NCBI GenBank assembly: GCA_041752235.1
Contig: JBGSHM010000002.1
Location: 16,637 to 80,636, forward strand
Reading direction: 5' to 3'
DNA from: Chitinophagaceae bacterium
GTDB lineage: Bacteria > Bacteroidota > Bacteroidia > Chitinophagales > Chitinophagaceae
DNA length: 64,000 nucleotides
A program made the position numbers and the translations under genes. Every line of letters begins with the position of its first letter. The first letter of the stretch is position 1. Shown one piece after another: positions 39,102 through 48,553 of the stretch. Below the pieces are notes generated by a model. It saw only the letters and a program-made list of their open reading frames with translations. It was not told the DNA's origin and searched no databases.

Positions 39102-40042
39102 AAAAAAATTGGACCATAGTATCCATCTTTTTGCTTTTGGCAAATAGCCTGCTGGCGCAGCCGGAAAAGGGATACTTCAATGACCTGAAAGCCGCAATGG
39201 CCAATCCGCGATCGGTGGAATTCCTCAATCTTTCCTCCTCAGGATTGACGGAATTCCCTGAAGGGATTGAACAGATGACGGCGCTTAAAAAACTAGACCT
39301 GGGCGACAATGAAATTACTGTCTTGCCTGAATTTATGGGATCCCTGTCTCAGTTAGTATATCTGCGACTTGACAATAATCCGATCAAGCAATTACCGCAG
39401 AGCATTACGAAACTATCAAAATTGGAAGTGCTTTCTGCCCGCGGAATCAAAATTGCATCGCTTCCAGACAAGTTAGGGGAGTGGACAAATCTCTTGCAAC
39501 TTGATTTGCAGGGTTGCCAATTTACTACACTTCCTGCGGAGGTGGGCCAAATCGGCTCTCTACGTTGGCTTGATGTATCCTTCAATGAAATTGTAGATTT
39601 ACCACCCACCTTGGGAGGCTTACAAAACCTTCACACATTAAAAGTAGCCAGCAATCGACTAAAACAACTACCCGATGAAATCTCATTATTGAAACAGTTG
39701 CATACACTCCAATTGGGAGTCAACCAATTCGAGCAAATTCCCACGGTAGTTTATAAATTAAAAAACCTAAGGCAGCTTGGAATTGAATTTAATCGTATTC
39801 GGTCGCTAAATAAACAAATCAGTTACCTGCGCGAATTGGAAGTCCTGAATGTCGGAAACAACTTACTGGTGGATATGCCAGTGGAACGTCTACAGAAACT
39901 CAATAAACTAAAGTTGCTAATGGTATCAGGCAACCCTTTTAGCCGGCCATATAAAGAAAAATTGAGAAGAAATTTTAAAGGCAGACTTATCATGCAAGCA
40001 GTAGAAAAAAGAGTTGCGGAATGGCGGACACGGAGAGATTGA
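39098..40042 (+). CDS. Secreted leucine-rich repeat (LRR) protein
   Basis: Signal peptide MKKNWTIVSIFLLLANSLLAQ, then about 11 consecutive 23-aa LxxLxLxxNxLxxLP repeats. Its ATG overlaps the upstream stop (ATGA). Confidence 0.85.
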   Translation: MKKNWTIVSIFLLLANSLLAQPEKGYFNDLKAAMANPRSVEFLNLSSSGLTEFPEGIEQMTALKKLDLGDNEITVLPEFMGSLSQLVYLRLDNNPIKQLPQSITKLSKLEVLSARGIKIASLPDKLGEWTNLLQLDLQGCQFTTLPAEVGQIGSLRWLDVSFNEIVDLPPTLGGLQNLHTLKVASNRLKQLPDEISLLKQLHTLQLGVNQFEQIPTVVYKLKNLRQLGIEFNRIRSLNKQISYLRELEVLNVGNNLLVDMPVERLQKLNKLKLLMVSGNPFSRPYKEKLRRNFKGRLIMQAVEKRVAEWRTRRD

Positions 40043-40058
40043 CAACCTCTACCATTCC

Positions 40059-41426
40059 CTATTGTTTTATGAATGTTCCTGAAAATGAAGATTCATTTAT
40101 TCTGATAAAATAAATACCCGTTGGTAATGTGGCCACATCCACGGAAATCTCGTTTATCCCCTTATGCTGTTGTATACTTTGTCTGGAGATTGTTTCGCCC
40201 TTGAAATTCAAAATCGTTAAAATATCGCTTTTTTCAATATCCGATCCAAAACGAATAGTTAACTCTGAACTGACGGGGTTTGGAAAAGCCAGTAACTTGT
40301 TTAAACCTCCGTTGTCATAAATTATCCGAACCACATTCGAATATGAAAATTCACCTCTGTCATCTACCTGCTTTATGCGGTAGTAATTTTTTCCTAACTG
40401 AGGGGAACGGTCGATCCATGTATAAGACCGGACAGAAAAGGAATAGCCTGAAACAGGAATCGTACCGATTGTATTGAATCCCTGTCCATTCAAAGATCGC
40501 TGGATTTGAAACTCACCATTAGCGTCTTTCTGAGCGACGGCCCAATCTACTAAAACCTGCTCACCATTACGTTCTGCATTAATGTGTAGAAATTTGACCG
40601 GTAGTGGGTCTTCGGTACTCGCCAGGGTGTGTCGATACAGTTGGGTAAACCCAACCGTTTCCACATAGTTCTCCGTACTGTTCCTTGTTGTATACCCGGA
40701 TAAAAACCAGTTGTTTCCACCATCCTGGCTAATAAAGGATGTTAACTGGTCTTCCATAATGGAACTCAGTTCATCATCAAAATAGTAAAATTTTAATGAA
40801 GCCTCCAGTGAACTGTTGTTGGTCGGAAATATATCAAAGTATCTGGAAATACCGATGTCAAATCCATCCGATTGACTTAAATGACCCCGTCTTACCAAAG
40901 TTGTTCCCAGATTATTCGGGCTACTGATCTCCAAACCCAGGTTTCCAGGATTAAATTTATCTGGTGCATTGAGGTTTTGAGTAGATTGTATATAGCCTCC
41001 GGTTCTACCCGTAATATGCCTGTTTGCGATCTCTCCTCGCAGCAGTCCAGTACTTCCGAGGTCAATATTAAAAGTGTTCAAGAATAGACTGTCGCCGCTC
41101 ACCAAATCAACGCGATTAGAGACAGCAATGTTCCTCCCGAGTTGCATTCCGTTTTGTACTTTATTTAGAATCAGGTTATAAAAGGAAATATTTCCATCTC
41201 CGGTTATAGCCGATTGACTGGTATTGCAACTTCCAGTAAAGATTAAACTTCCCAAACCCGGGGTAAATGAGCCGTTACTTCTAAACTGACCATTATTTAC
41301 TACGATTTTCCCCGTATCCTGCACCACCAAATAGCTTCCATCGGTGGTTATGATTCCCTGGGTAAAACCGAATATTGAATAAAATGCGGATACGGTCAGC
41401 AGGATGGTTTTTCGTAAAAGGAGCAT
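40059..41426 (-). CDS. T9SS type A sorting domain-containing secreted protein
   Basis: Signal peptide, and a C-terminal Por/T9SS sorting domain (LLAFPNPVSSELTIRF ... LPTGIYFIRI...). Confidence 0.8.
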   Translation of the reverse strand: MLLLRKTILLTVSAFYSIFGFTQGIITTDGSYLVVQDTGKIVVNNGQFRSNGSFTPGLGSLIFTGSCNTSQSAITGDGNISFYNLILNKVQNGMQLGRNIAVSNRVDLVSGDSLFLNTFNIDLGSTGLLRGEIANRHITGRTGGYIQSTQNLNAPDKFNPGNLGLEISSPNNLGTTLVRRGHLSQSDGFDIGISRYFDIFPTNNSSLEASLKFYYFDDELSSIMEDQLTSFISQDGGNNWFLSGYTTRNSTENYVETVGFTQLYRHTLASTEDPLPVKFLHINAERNGEQVLVDWAVAQKDANGEFQIQRSLNGQGFNTIGTIPVSGYSFSVRSYTWIDRSPQLGKNYYRIKQVDDRGEFSYSNVVRIIYDNGGLNKLLAFPNPVSSELTIRFGSDIEKSDILTILNFKGETISRQSIQQHKGINEISVDVATLPTGIYFIRINESSFSGTFIKQ

Positions 41427-41467
41427 AAATGGGATTTTAGATTTTGAGAACTCAAAATACTATTATA

Positions 41468-42337
41468 CTACTTGATAAATTCTGTATGGCTTCCATATCC
41501 ATCCACCTGAATATGAAAATCGACAAACAATAAACCTACATCTGCACTGTAGGTGTCATTTGAATCATCTGAATTGCGCCAAATCCTGCAAATGAGTATA
41601 CTTGATATCTTTTTCCCGGTTCCGGAAAGGCCTGTATTGGAAGGCGTCAAAGGGTGAATAATGTGCGTTTTCGCCGTAAACGGGCCTGTGGCTACAATTG
41701 TACTGGTTTGAGTGGCAGGAAATACTTCGGGTGTGGTCGGATCATAATTTACCCATGTATAATCAAGATTCCATTGCACATTACCCGATGTAGTCGTCTT
41801 AGGCATCCAATGTATATGCGGATAAATTGTCGTCCCCTCCTTCCAGGTATGGGGGAGTTGAACGGTAAATGACATGGACTCCAATGATCCATTATTTAAG
41901 AAATACCATATCTGGGGACCGGAAGATCCGGTAATATAGGATAGGGTAGCCGAGCTACTTCCTTTATCTAGGGTAACACGAAGGTCGTCCCACCTAGTGG
42001 ATTGCCCAATCAATTTTACCCAAACGGGAGAACCGGAAGTCCCGGAATTATAATAATACCCCACACCGTCTGCATCCGTTCCAGATATATTGCTATTTGT
42101 ATTATATACAATCAGGCTGTTGGCAGGACTAGGGATCGTGGTGGCATCTGTGGTGCTTGTTAAACTAATGCGTGGTAATAATAGGCCTTTATCTGTACTG
42201 ACTATATCCAGCATCGCAGATACATCAGGTACATTTCCTGTAGTGTTTATGGCAACGTTTTGTCCCCACAAACAATTAGGTATAAAAAGAAGGGCTAAAT
42301 AAAGGACGACATGTCCAAATGGGGTATAATTTTTCAT
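41468..42337 (-). CDS. Secreted hypothetical protein with the Bacteroidota G-x-L-L-P-R N-terminal module
   Basis: Signal peptide from ATG 42337 (MKNYTPFGHVVLYLALLFIPNCLWGQ). VAINTTGNVPDVSAMLDIVSTDKGLLLPRISLT...NSLIVYNT is a module I recall from tail-fibre-like Bacteroidota surface proteins. Confidence 0.55.
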   Translation of the reverse strand: MKNYTPFGHVVLYLALLFIPNCLWGQNVAINTTGNVPDVSAMLDIVSTDKGLLLPRISLTSTTDATTIPSPANSLIVYNTNSNISGTDADGVGYYYNSGTSGSPVWVKLIGQSTRWDDLRVTLDKGSSSATLSYITGSSGPQIWYFLNNGSLESMSFTVQLPHTWKEGTTIYPHIHWMPKTTTSGNVQWNLDYTWVNYDPTTPEVFPATQTSTIVATGPFTAKTHIIHPLTPSNTGLSGTGKKISSILICRIWRNSDDSNDTYSADVGLLFVDFHIQVDGYGSHTEFIK

Positions 42338-42530
42338 ATGGATTGGATTTACAGCTAACATGGGAACGAATTCCCACGCCAATATTATATAAATCCAAAG
42401 GATTAATCCAGCATATTCAGTCCCAAAACAGTATGATTCTTATCATGGTTCAAAAAATAAAATAAAGTAGTACTTCATATAATGGATAACCCCTAATATA
42501 TGAATGGCATTTGCTCTATGGTAAGAAAGA

Positions 42531-43943
42531 TCAGAGAGACCAGCCTTCCCGGTATTCTCTTTTCACAAACTGATTGGCTTCCTCAAAATTGGTGATGCGC
42601 ATATTCTTGGCATCCCAGATCAATTTTTTACGGCCCAGGTATTTATCTTCCCAGCCTTTCAGTTTTGGATTTTTCAACATCCAACTACGGATGGCCAGGT
42701 TTCCAATCAATATGCTTTCGGTAAAAGGCCCGGCAAATTCAAAGGGCGAACTGGTTTCCATTTTGCCATACCCTGCGATACAGGCATTGACCCATTGCAG
42801 GTAGTGGCCTTCCTTGACACGAGGAATCGTTTCTCCGGGAAGGTTCGTCTCCTTCATCAATTTAGTAGGCAATAAGCGGGGATTGGCGCCATAGCAATCC
42901 ATGAGTAACTTTCCTTTTGTTCCGATCAGCAAAACACCCCCATCCCAATTTCCAAAGGCTTCCTCCGGCAATAATTCATCCGGACGTTGCGGAAGCAGGC
43001 CGCCATCATACCAGGATACTTTGATATTTCCCTTTCCTTCGGTACGTGGATAATTAAGGTGGATGATCGAAGATGGCGGACAGGCATCCAGGTTCTGGCT
43101 GTCATTCCACATTTCTCTCCATACCGTTGCAACGGAGCACTCTACTGAATCGGGATATAAAATGGGCAATATGCGATAAATGGGATCCATGATATGACAG
43201 GCCATATCGCCTAATGCGCCAGTACCATAGGCCCACCAACCCCTCCAGTTAAAAGGGAGATAGGCCGGATTGTATTCAATGGACTTGGCAGGTCCTTGCC
43301 ATAGGTCCCAGTTTAGTTCTGCAGGTAAATCATGTTTCCCGGTGGGAGTGGGGATGCCCTGTGGCCATACCGGCCGGTTGGTCCATGCATACGCTGTATG
43401 AACATCTCCGATCAGTCCGGCATCCACCAGTTCTTTGCTTCTTCGTACGCCATCACCCGAAGCACCCTGGTTGCCCATCTGGGTCACTACCTTATATTTT
43501 TTAGCTGCTTCGGTCAGCATCCGGGCTTCATAAATATCATGGGTAAGCGGCTTCTGGGTATACACATGTTTACCCAATTGCATGGCGGCGATCGTAGCCA
43601 CTGCATGGGTGTTATCCGGCGTGGATACCGAAACAGCATCAATATTTTTATGCTCCTTTGCCAGCATCTCCCTGAAATCCTTGTAATAAGGAGCATTGGT
43701 AAATTTCTTGCGCGAGGACACCGCCTGACGGTCATCCACATCACAAAGGGCCACCACATTTACATGTGGGCTCTTGGCAAACTCGGCAAGGTCGCTTTGT
43801 CCTTTACCTCCTGCACCAATACCGGCGATATTGAGTTTATCACTGGGAGCGATATATCCTTTTCCCAACACATGGCGGGGAACGATCATAAAACCGGCAG
43901 CAGCCAGGGATGTTTGTTGTATGAATTTGCGGCGGGATGACAT
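42531..43943 (-). CDS. TAT-exported Gfo/Idh/MocA family oxidoreductase
   Basis: Twin-arginine leader MSSRRKFIQQTSLAAAGFMIV, NAD-binding motif IAGIGAGGKG. Paralog of 59882..61312. Confidence 0.85.
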   Translation of the reverse strand: MSSRRKFIQQTSLAAAGFMIVPRHVLGKGYIAPSDKLNIAGIGAGGKGQSDLAEFAKSPHVNVVALCDVDDRQAVSSRKKFTNAPYYKDFREMLAKEHKNIDAVSVSTPDNTHAVATIAAMQLGKHVYTQKPLTHDIYEARMLTEAAKKYKVVTQMGNQGASGDGVRRSKELVDAGLIGDVHTAYAWTNRPVWPQGIPTPTGKHDLPAELNWDLWQGPAKSIEYNPAYLPFNWRGWWAYGTGALGDMACHIMDPIYRILPILYPDSVECSVATVWREMWNDSQNLDACPPSSIIHLNYPRTEGKGNIKVSWYDGGLLPQRPDELLPEEAFGNWDGGVLLIGTKGKLLMDCYGANPRLLPTKLMKETNLPGETIPRVKEGHYLQWVNACIAGYGKMETSSPFEFAGPFTESILIGNLAIRSWMLKNPKLKGWEDKYLGRKKLIWDAKNMRITNFEEANQFVKREYREGWSL

Positions 43944-44021
43944 GGTTAATTGGGTGATTTGATAATTAGATTATTTGAAAATGGATACGATTTGGGATAT
44001 TATAAATGAACAGGCGAATGA

Positions 44022-44684
44022 TCAATCGTATTTAACACATTCCTGGTTTTCTTTGTCTGTATAACTCAATCCATATTGATTGAGCACATCGTCAGGAACA
44101 CCGTTCCACTTGTTGGGAGTATTCCCTACATACCCCACATCTTTTACCCCGATCTCTGAGGTATAAAAACCTGTGGCCGTGAGGTTGCGCATAAGCGTAA
44201 AAAAGGAAGCGCCCTGCTCAAAACCAGGTTGTACCTTATTTGGATAGGCAATGGCCTCTACCACCTTCAGTTGGTCTGTATTGGCACATGCGCTAAATGG
44301 TTTGCCATATTCCTTGAGGCAATGAACATCCAACCAGCGAAGTCCTCCACGCATAGGGTTTTGATGGGAGGGCATATCCTTTACAATGAATTCAATAAAG
44401 TCGGGCACTTTGGCATCCGTGGCACTTCCACTCACTTCATCTTTAGGGATAATGATATCAGCCAGCATACCGATGGTCACCATTTCCTCCGGCGTAAAAA
44501 AAGTTTCGCGCATAAGCTTACTGTCCCTTTCCTGTTCTTCCGGAGCCCGGTCAAGATTGAATTTAATGTCATCGGGATTCCCCGCCACAGCCGGGGATCC
44601 GTCTTTATCATTACAACCTGCCAGCAGTGATCCTCCGGCGATCGCACCGGTGGCCAACAAACGTAGGGATTCTCTTCTGTCCAT
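44022..44684 (-). CDS. Gluconate 2-dehydrogenase subunit 3 family protein (TAT-signal small subunit)
   Basis: Leader MDRRESLRLLATGAIAGGSLLAGC, about 220 aa, immediately downstream of a GMC flavoprotein gene. Confidence 0.75.
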   Translation of the reverse strand: MDRRESLRLLATGAIAGGSLLAGCNDKDGSPAVAGNPDDIKFNLDRAPEEQERDSKLMRETFFTPEEMVTIGMLADIIIPKDEVSGSATDAKVPDFIEFIVKDMPSHQNPMRGGLRWLDVHCLKEYGKPFSACANTDQLKVVEAIAYPNKVQPGFEQGASFFTLMRNLTATGFYTSEIGVKDVGYVGNTPNKWNGVPDDVLNQYGLSYTDKENQECVKYD

Positions 44685-44712
44685 AGGTTTTCGTTAAAGG
44701 CTGATGCCTGAT

Positions 44713-46455
44713 TTATAAACTGCGTTTTTTCATTTGGTCAATGATGTATTCACAGGCGCGCATGCTCAGCGCCAGAATGGTCCAGGTGATATTCTTGTCG
44801 GCCTGCGAAGTAAAGGCTGCGCCATCCACCACAAAAAGGTTTTTACAATCATGGGCCTGGTTCCAACCATTCAGCGCCGATGTTTTGGCATTGCTTCCCA
44901 TCCTTGCTGTTCCTGCCTCATGGATGATCTCACCTGGCTTGGAAATACCCCAGTCATTCTCGGGGCCATCGGTATCACCCCAGGTGATGACAGCACCCAT
45001 GGCATCCATGATCTCTTTAAAGGTCTCCTTCATGTGCCTGGCCTGTTTGATCTCATGTTCGCTCCATTTCACATGAAAACGTAAAACAGGTATACCATAA
45101 CGGTCAACCACATTGGGATCAATTTCGCAATAATTATCCGCGGTAGGAATGGCTTCACCACGTCCTGCCATACCTACACCCGCGCCATAGAAATAGCGGT
45201 AATCTTCTTTAAGTGATTTGCCATAACCACCAGCCTGTTTTTGTACCCCGTTTACTTTGTACTTGCCATTGAGGCCATGAATATCCCAACCAAAACCATA
45301 AGCTGGCTGACTCATGCCACCCCAATACTCAATATGATACCCACGGGGGAAATCCAATTTTTTATTGTCTAACCACCAGGGGGAATAAACGTGCATACCA
45401 CCCACACCGTCTTCATTATATCGTTTACGGCCGAGCAGATCGGGGAGGATGCCCCCCATCGCGGCCCCGGTTGAATCATGCAGGTATTTTCCGACTACAC
45501 CACTTGAATTGGCAATGCCATTGGGGTGACGCGGTGATTTGGAGTTGAGCATGATCCGGGAGGTTTCGCAGGCACTTGCAGCCAGGATCACCGTGCGCCC
45601 GGTTACCTGATACTCCTGCATATCCGCTTTGTTTATGTAAGAAACTCCGGTGGCCAATCCTTCTTTGTCCGTAAGCACTTCACGCACCATGGCTTCGGTC
45701 ACCACATCAATATTGCCTGTTTTTAAAGCCGGATTGATCAATACGTTCGAAGAGGAAAAATCGGCTTTGGCAATGCTGCAATTGCGGCTGCATTGTGAAC
45801 AATAGAAACATTCACCGCGGTCCTCATTGATCTTTTTGGTTAAAATGGAAAGGCGGGAGGGAATGACTCTGACTCCGGCTTTTTGCGCCGCATTCTTAAT
45901 GAACAATTCATGCAGACGAGGTTTGGGAGGAGGCAGGAAAAAACCATCGGGATCATTTTCCAATCCTTCATTGGTACCAAAAACCCCAATGAGTTTATCC
46001 ACCCGGTCATAGTACGGCTTTACGTCCTCATATCCGATCGGCCAATCGTCACCCAGGCCGTCGATACTTCTTCGTTTAAAATCTTTGGGGCCAAATCGCA
46101 ACGAGATACGCCCCCAGTGGTTGGTACGTCCACCCACCATTCGCGCACGCCACCAATCCCACTGCGTACCATCTTTTTTGGTATAAGGTTCTCCCTCCAG
46201 GTCCCAGCCTCCATAACAAGCATCAAAATCACCAAATGGTCGGTACTTGGTGGAAGCACCACGACGGGGAGAATCCCAGGGGTTCTTTAATTGGGTAATA
46301 TTTTTCTGGGGATCATAGGCATGCCCGGCTTCGAGCAGACAAACCTTTAATCCGGCATTGGCAAGCGTATAGGCGGCCATACCACCACCGGCTCCAGACC
46401 CAACAATGACAGCGTCGTATGACTTTGGCGTTTTCTTTATTTGGAGATCTCCCAT
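44713..46455 (-). CDS. GMC family FAD-dependent oxidoreductase
   Basis: DAVIVGSGAGGGMAA FAD fold and a C-terminal GMC motif (...NLFVVDGAAF). It has no signal peptide of its own. Confidence 0.9.
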   Translation of the reverse strand: MGDLQIKKTPKSYDAVIVGSGAGGGMAAYTLANAGLKVCLLEAGHAYDPQKNITQLKNPWDSPRRGASTKYRPFGDFDACYGGWDLEGEPYTKKDGTQWDWWRARMVGGRTNHWGRISLRFGPKDFKRRSIDGLGDDWPIGYEDVKPYYDRVDKLIGVFGTNEGLENDPDGFFLPPPKPRLHELFIKNAAQKAGVRVIPSRLSILTKKINEDRGECFYCSQCSRNCSIAKADFSSSNVLINPALKTGNIDVVTEAMVREVLTDKEGLATGVSYINKADMQEYQVTGRTVILAASACETSRIMLNSKSPRHPNGIANSSGVVGKYLHDSTGAAMGGILPDLLGRKRYNEDGVGGMHVYSPWWLDNKKLDFPRGYHIEYWGGMSQPAYGFGWDIHGLNGKYKVNGVQKQAGGYGKSLKEDYRYFYGAGVGMAGRGEAIPTADNYCEIDPNVVDRYGIPVLRFHVKWSEHEIKQARHMKETFKEIMDAMGAVITWGDTDGPENDWGISKPGEIIHEAGTARMGSNAKTSALNGWNQAHDCKNLFVVDGAAFTSQADKNITWTILALSMRACEYIIDQMKKRSL

Positions 46456-46573
46456 GTTATGTTAATAAGTGGTGGTGAATTTACAGAAAAACAAGAATAA
46501 AAAATCGCAAATCATCAATTCCTGTATGCCTATTTTATCCAACCTTTGTATAGGTTCTGCCAAATTCCCCAAT

Positions 46574-48553
46574 ATGAAGAAATTCCTGCTTTTCACCCTA
46601 TTGCTCTCCACCATGTCTGCATCCACAAAGTCGCAATCGATCTCCTTTGCCGAATATCCGGTCTATGATGGCACCGATCTGGGTTTAACCTATACTCCAC
46701 TGGCCAGTTCATTTCGGGTCTGGGCCCCCCTGGCCGATTCGGCCCGTATTCGTTTTTATGCCGAGGGAGTAGGGGGAGATCCCATGGAAACAAAAAACAT
46801 GATGGCGGATGAAGGCGGCACCTGGATTTATGCCACCACCGGTGACCTGAAAGGAAGGTTTTATGTTTTCCAGGTTAAACGCAAAGGAAAATGGAGTGCG
46901 GAGGTTCCTGATCCCTATGCCAGGGCGGTTGGGGTAAATGGGAAAAGAGCCCAGGTGATCGATCTGGCCAAAACAAACCCAACAAAATGGTCGAGGGAAA
47001 AAAGCCCTGTCTTTCAAAAGAAAACCGATGCGGTCTTGTATGAATTGCAGGTAAGAGATGCCAGCATTCACAGCAGTTCGGGCATCCACCAAAAAGGTAA
47101 ATACCTGGGGTTAACTAAAAAGAAAACGGGCAATGCAGAAGGACTTTCTACCGGGCTTGACCATATCCGCGAACTTGGTGTCACCCATGTGCATCTGCTT
47201 CCTTCCTTTGATTTTTATTCCATTGATGAGTCCAGGTTGGAACTTCCCCAATACAATTGGGGATATGATCCGCTAAACTACAATACACCCGATGGATCCT
47301 TTTCCAGCAATCCCTCTGATGGCACAGCCAGGATCAGAGAATTCAAACAATTGGTGAGGACCTTTCACCAAAACGGTTTGCGCGTCGTACTGGATGTAGT
47401 ATACAACCATACCCGGCTCTCGGAGAACTCTTATTTCAACGAACTGGTCCCCGGTTATTACTACCGTCAAAATGACAAGGGCCAATTCTCCAATGCCACC
47501 GCCTGTGGCAATGAAATAGCCAGTGAAAGATACATGGTGCGGAAATTCATCCTGGAGTCGGTTATTTATTGGGTTAATGAATACCATATTGACGGATTCC
47601 GGTTTGACCTGATGGGGGTTCATGATATCAAAACCATGAACCTGATTGCTCAGGAACTTCATCGGATACGTCCCGATATTCTTCTTTATGGCGAGGGTTG
47701 GACAGCCGGCGCTTCACCGTTGCCTGATGCCGAACGTGCACTCAAAGCCAATGTATCAGCTCTTGACCGCATTGCCGTATTTAGTGACGATATTCGTGAT
47801 GGCATCAAAGGGAGTGTATTCGAACACGAGAATCAGGGCTTTGTCAATGGAAACAGCAAGGTCCTTGAATCCATCAAATTTGGCGTAGTCGCTTCTTGTC
47901 AGCATCCCCAGGTGGATTATTCCAAGGTCAACTATTCCAAAGCACCTTATTCAACGGAGCCATATCAAACAGTGACCTATTGTGAATGTCACGACAACCA
48001 TGTGCTTTGGGACAAACTGAAAATATCAGCCCCCGACAAAACGACCGCGGAAAGAAAGGACATGCATAAACTCGCGCTGACCATCGTATTGACCTCGCAG
48101 GGGATTTCATTCCTTCATGCAGGTACAGAATTTCTCCGTACCAAAAAAGGGGTAGAGAATTCCTTTGATTCCCCCGATAGCATCAACGCGATTGATTGGG
48201 GACTTAAATCCACCAACAAAGATGTTTTTGACTACGTAAAGGGTTTGATCAAAATGCGTCGGACACACCCCGCTTTCCGGATGGAAACCGCTAATCAGAT
48301 CCGTGAAAATCTTTATTTTCTGGAAAATACCGGCGAGGATCTCCTGGCCTATACCCTCAACGGCGAAGCCGTTGGAGACAAATGGAAAAGAATACTGGTG
48401 ATCTATAGTGGCGCTAATGGAAACAAGAAAATGACCCTGCCTCCAGGGAAATGGAAACAGTATATCCGGAATAACCAATTAGTTAAACCCGCCCGAATTA
48501 GTGGGGAAGTGGAAGTGAAGGCTTCGGTGGCGTGGGTGCTTTATGAGTCGTGA
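46574..48553 (+). CDS. pulA: Type I pullulanase (GH13)
   Basis: Signal peptide from ATG 46574 (MKKFLLFTLLLSTMSAS). Type I signature YNWGYDP, GH13 regions DVVYNH, GFRFDLMG, YGEGW, CHDN. Confidence 0.9.
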   Translation: MKKFLLFTLLLSTMSASTKSQSISFAEYPVYDGTDLGLTYTPLASSFRVWAPLADSARIRFYAEGVGGDPMETKNMMADEGGTWIYATTGDLKGRFYVFQVKRKGKWSAEVPDPYARAVGVNGKRAQVIDLAKTNPTKWSREKSPVFQKKTDAVLYELQVRDASIHSSSGIHQKGKYLGLTKKKTGNAEGLSTGLDHIRELGVTHVHLLPSFDFYSIDESRLELPQYNWGYDPLNYNTPDGSFSSNPSDGTARIREFKQLVRTFHQNGLRVVLDVVYNHTRLSENSYFNELVPGYYYRQNDKGQFSNATACGNEIASERYMVRKFILESVIYWVNEYHIDGFRFDLMGVHDIKTMNLIAQELHRIRPDILLYGEGWTAGASPLPDAERALKANVSALDRIAVFSDDIRDGIKGSVFEHENQGFVNGNSKVLESIKFGVVASCQHPQVDYSKVNYSKAPYSTEPYQTVTYCECHDNHVLWDKLKISAPDKTTAERKDMHKLALTIVLTSQGISFLHAGTEFLRTKKGVENSFDSPDSINAIDWGLKSTNKDVFDYVKGLIKMRRTHPAFRMETANQIRENLYFLENTGEDLLAYTLNGEAVGDKWKRILVIYSGANGNKKMTLPPGKWKQYIRNNQLVKPARISGEVEVKASVAWVLYES

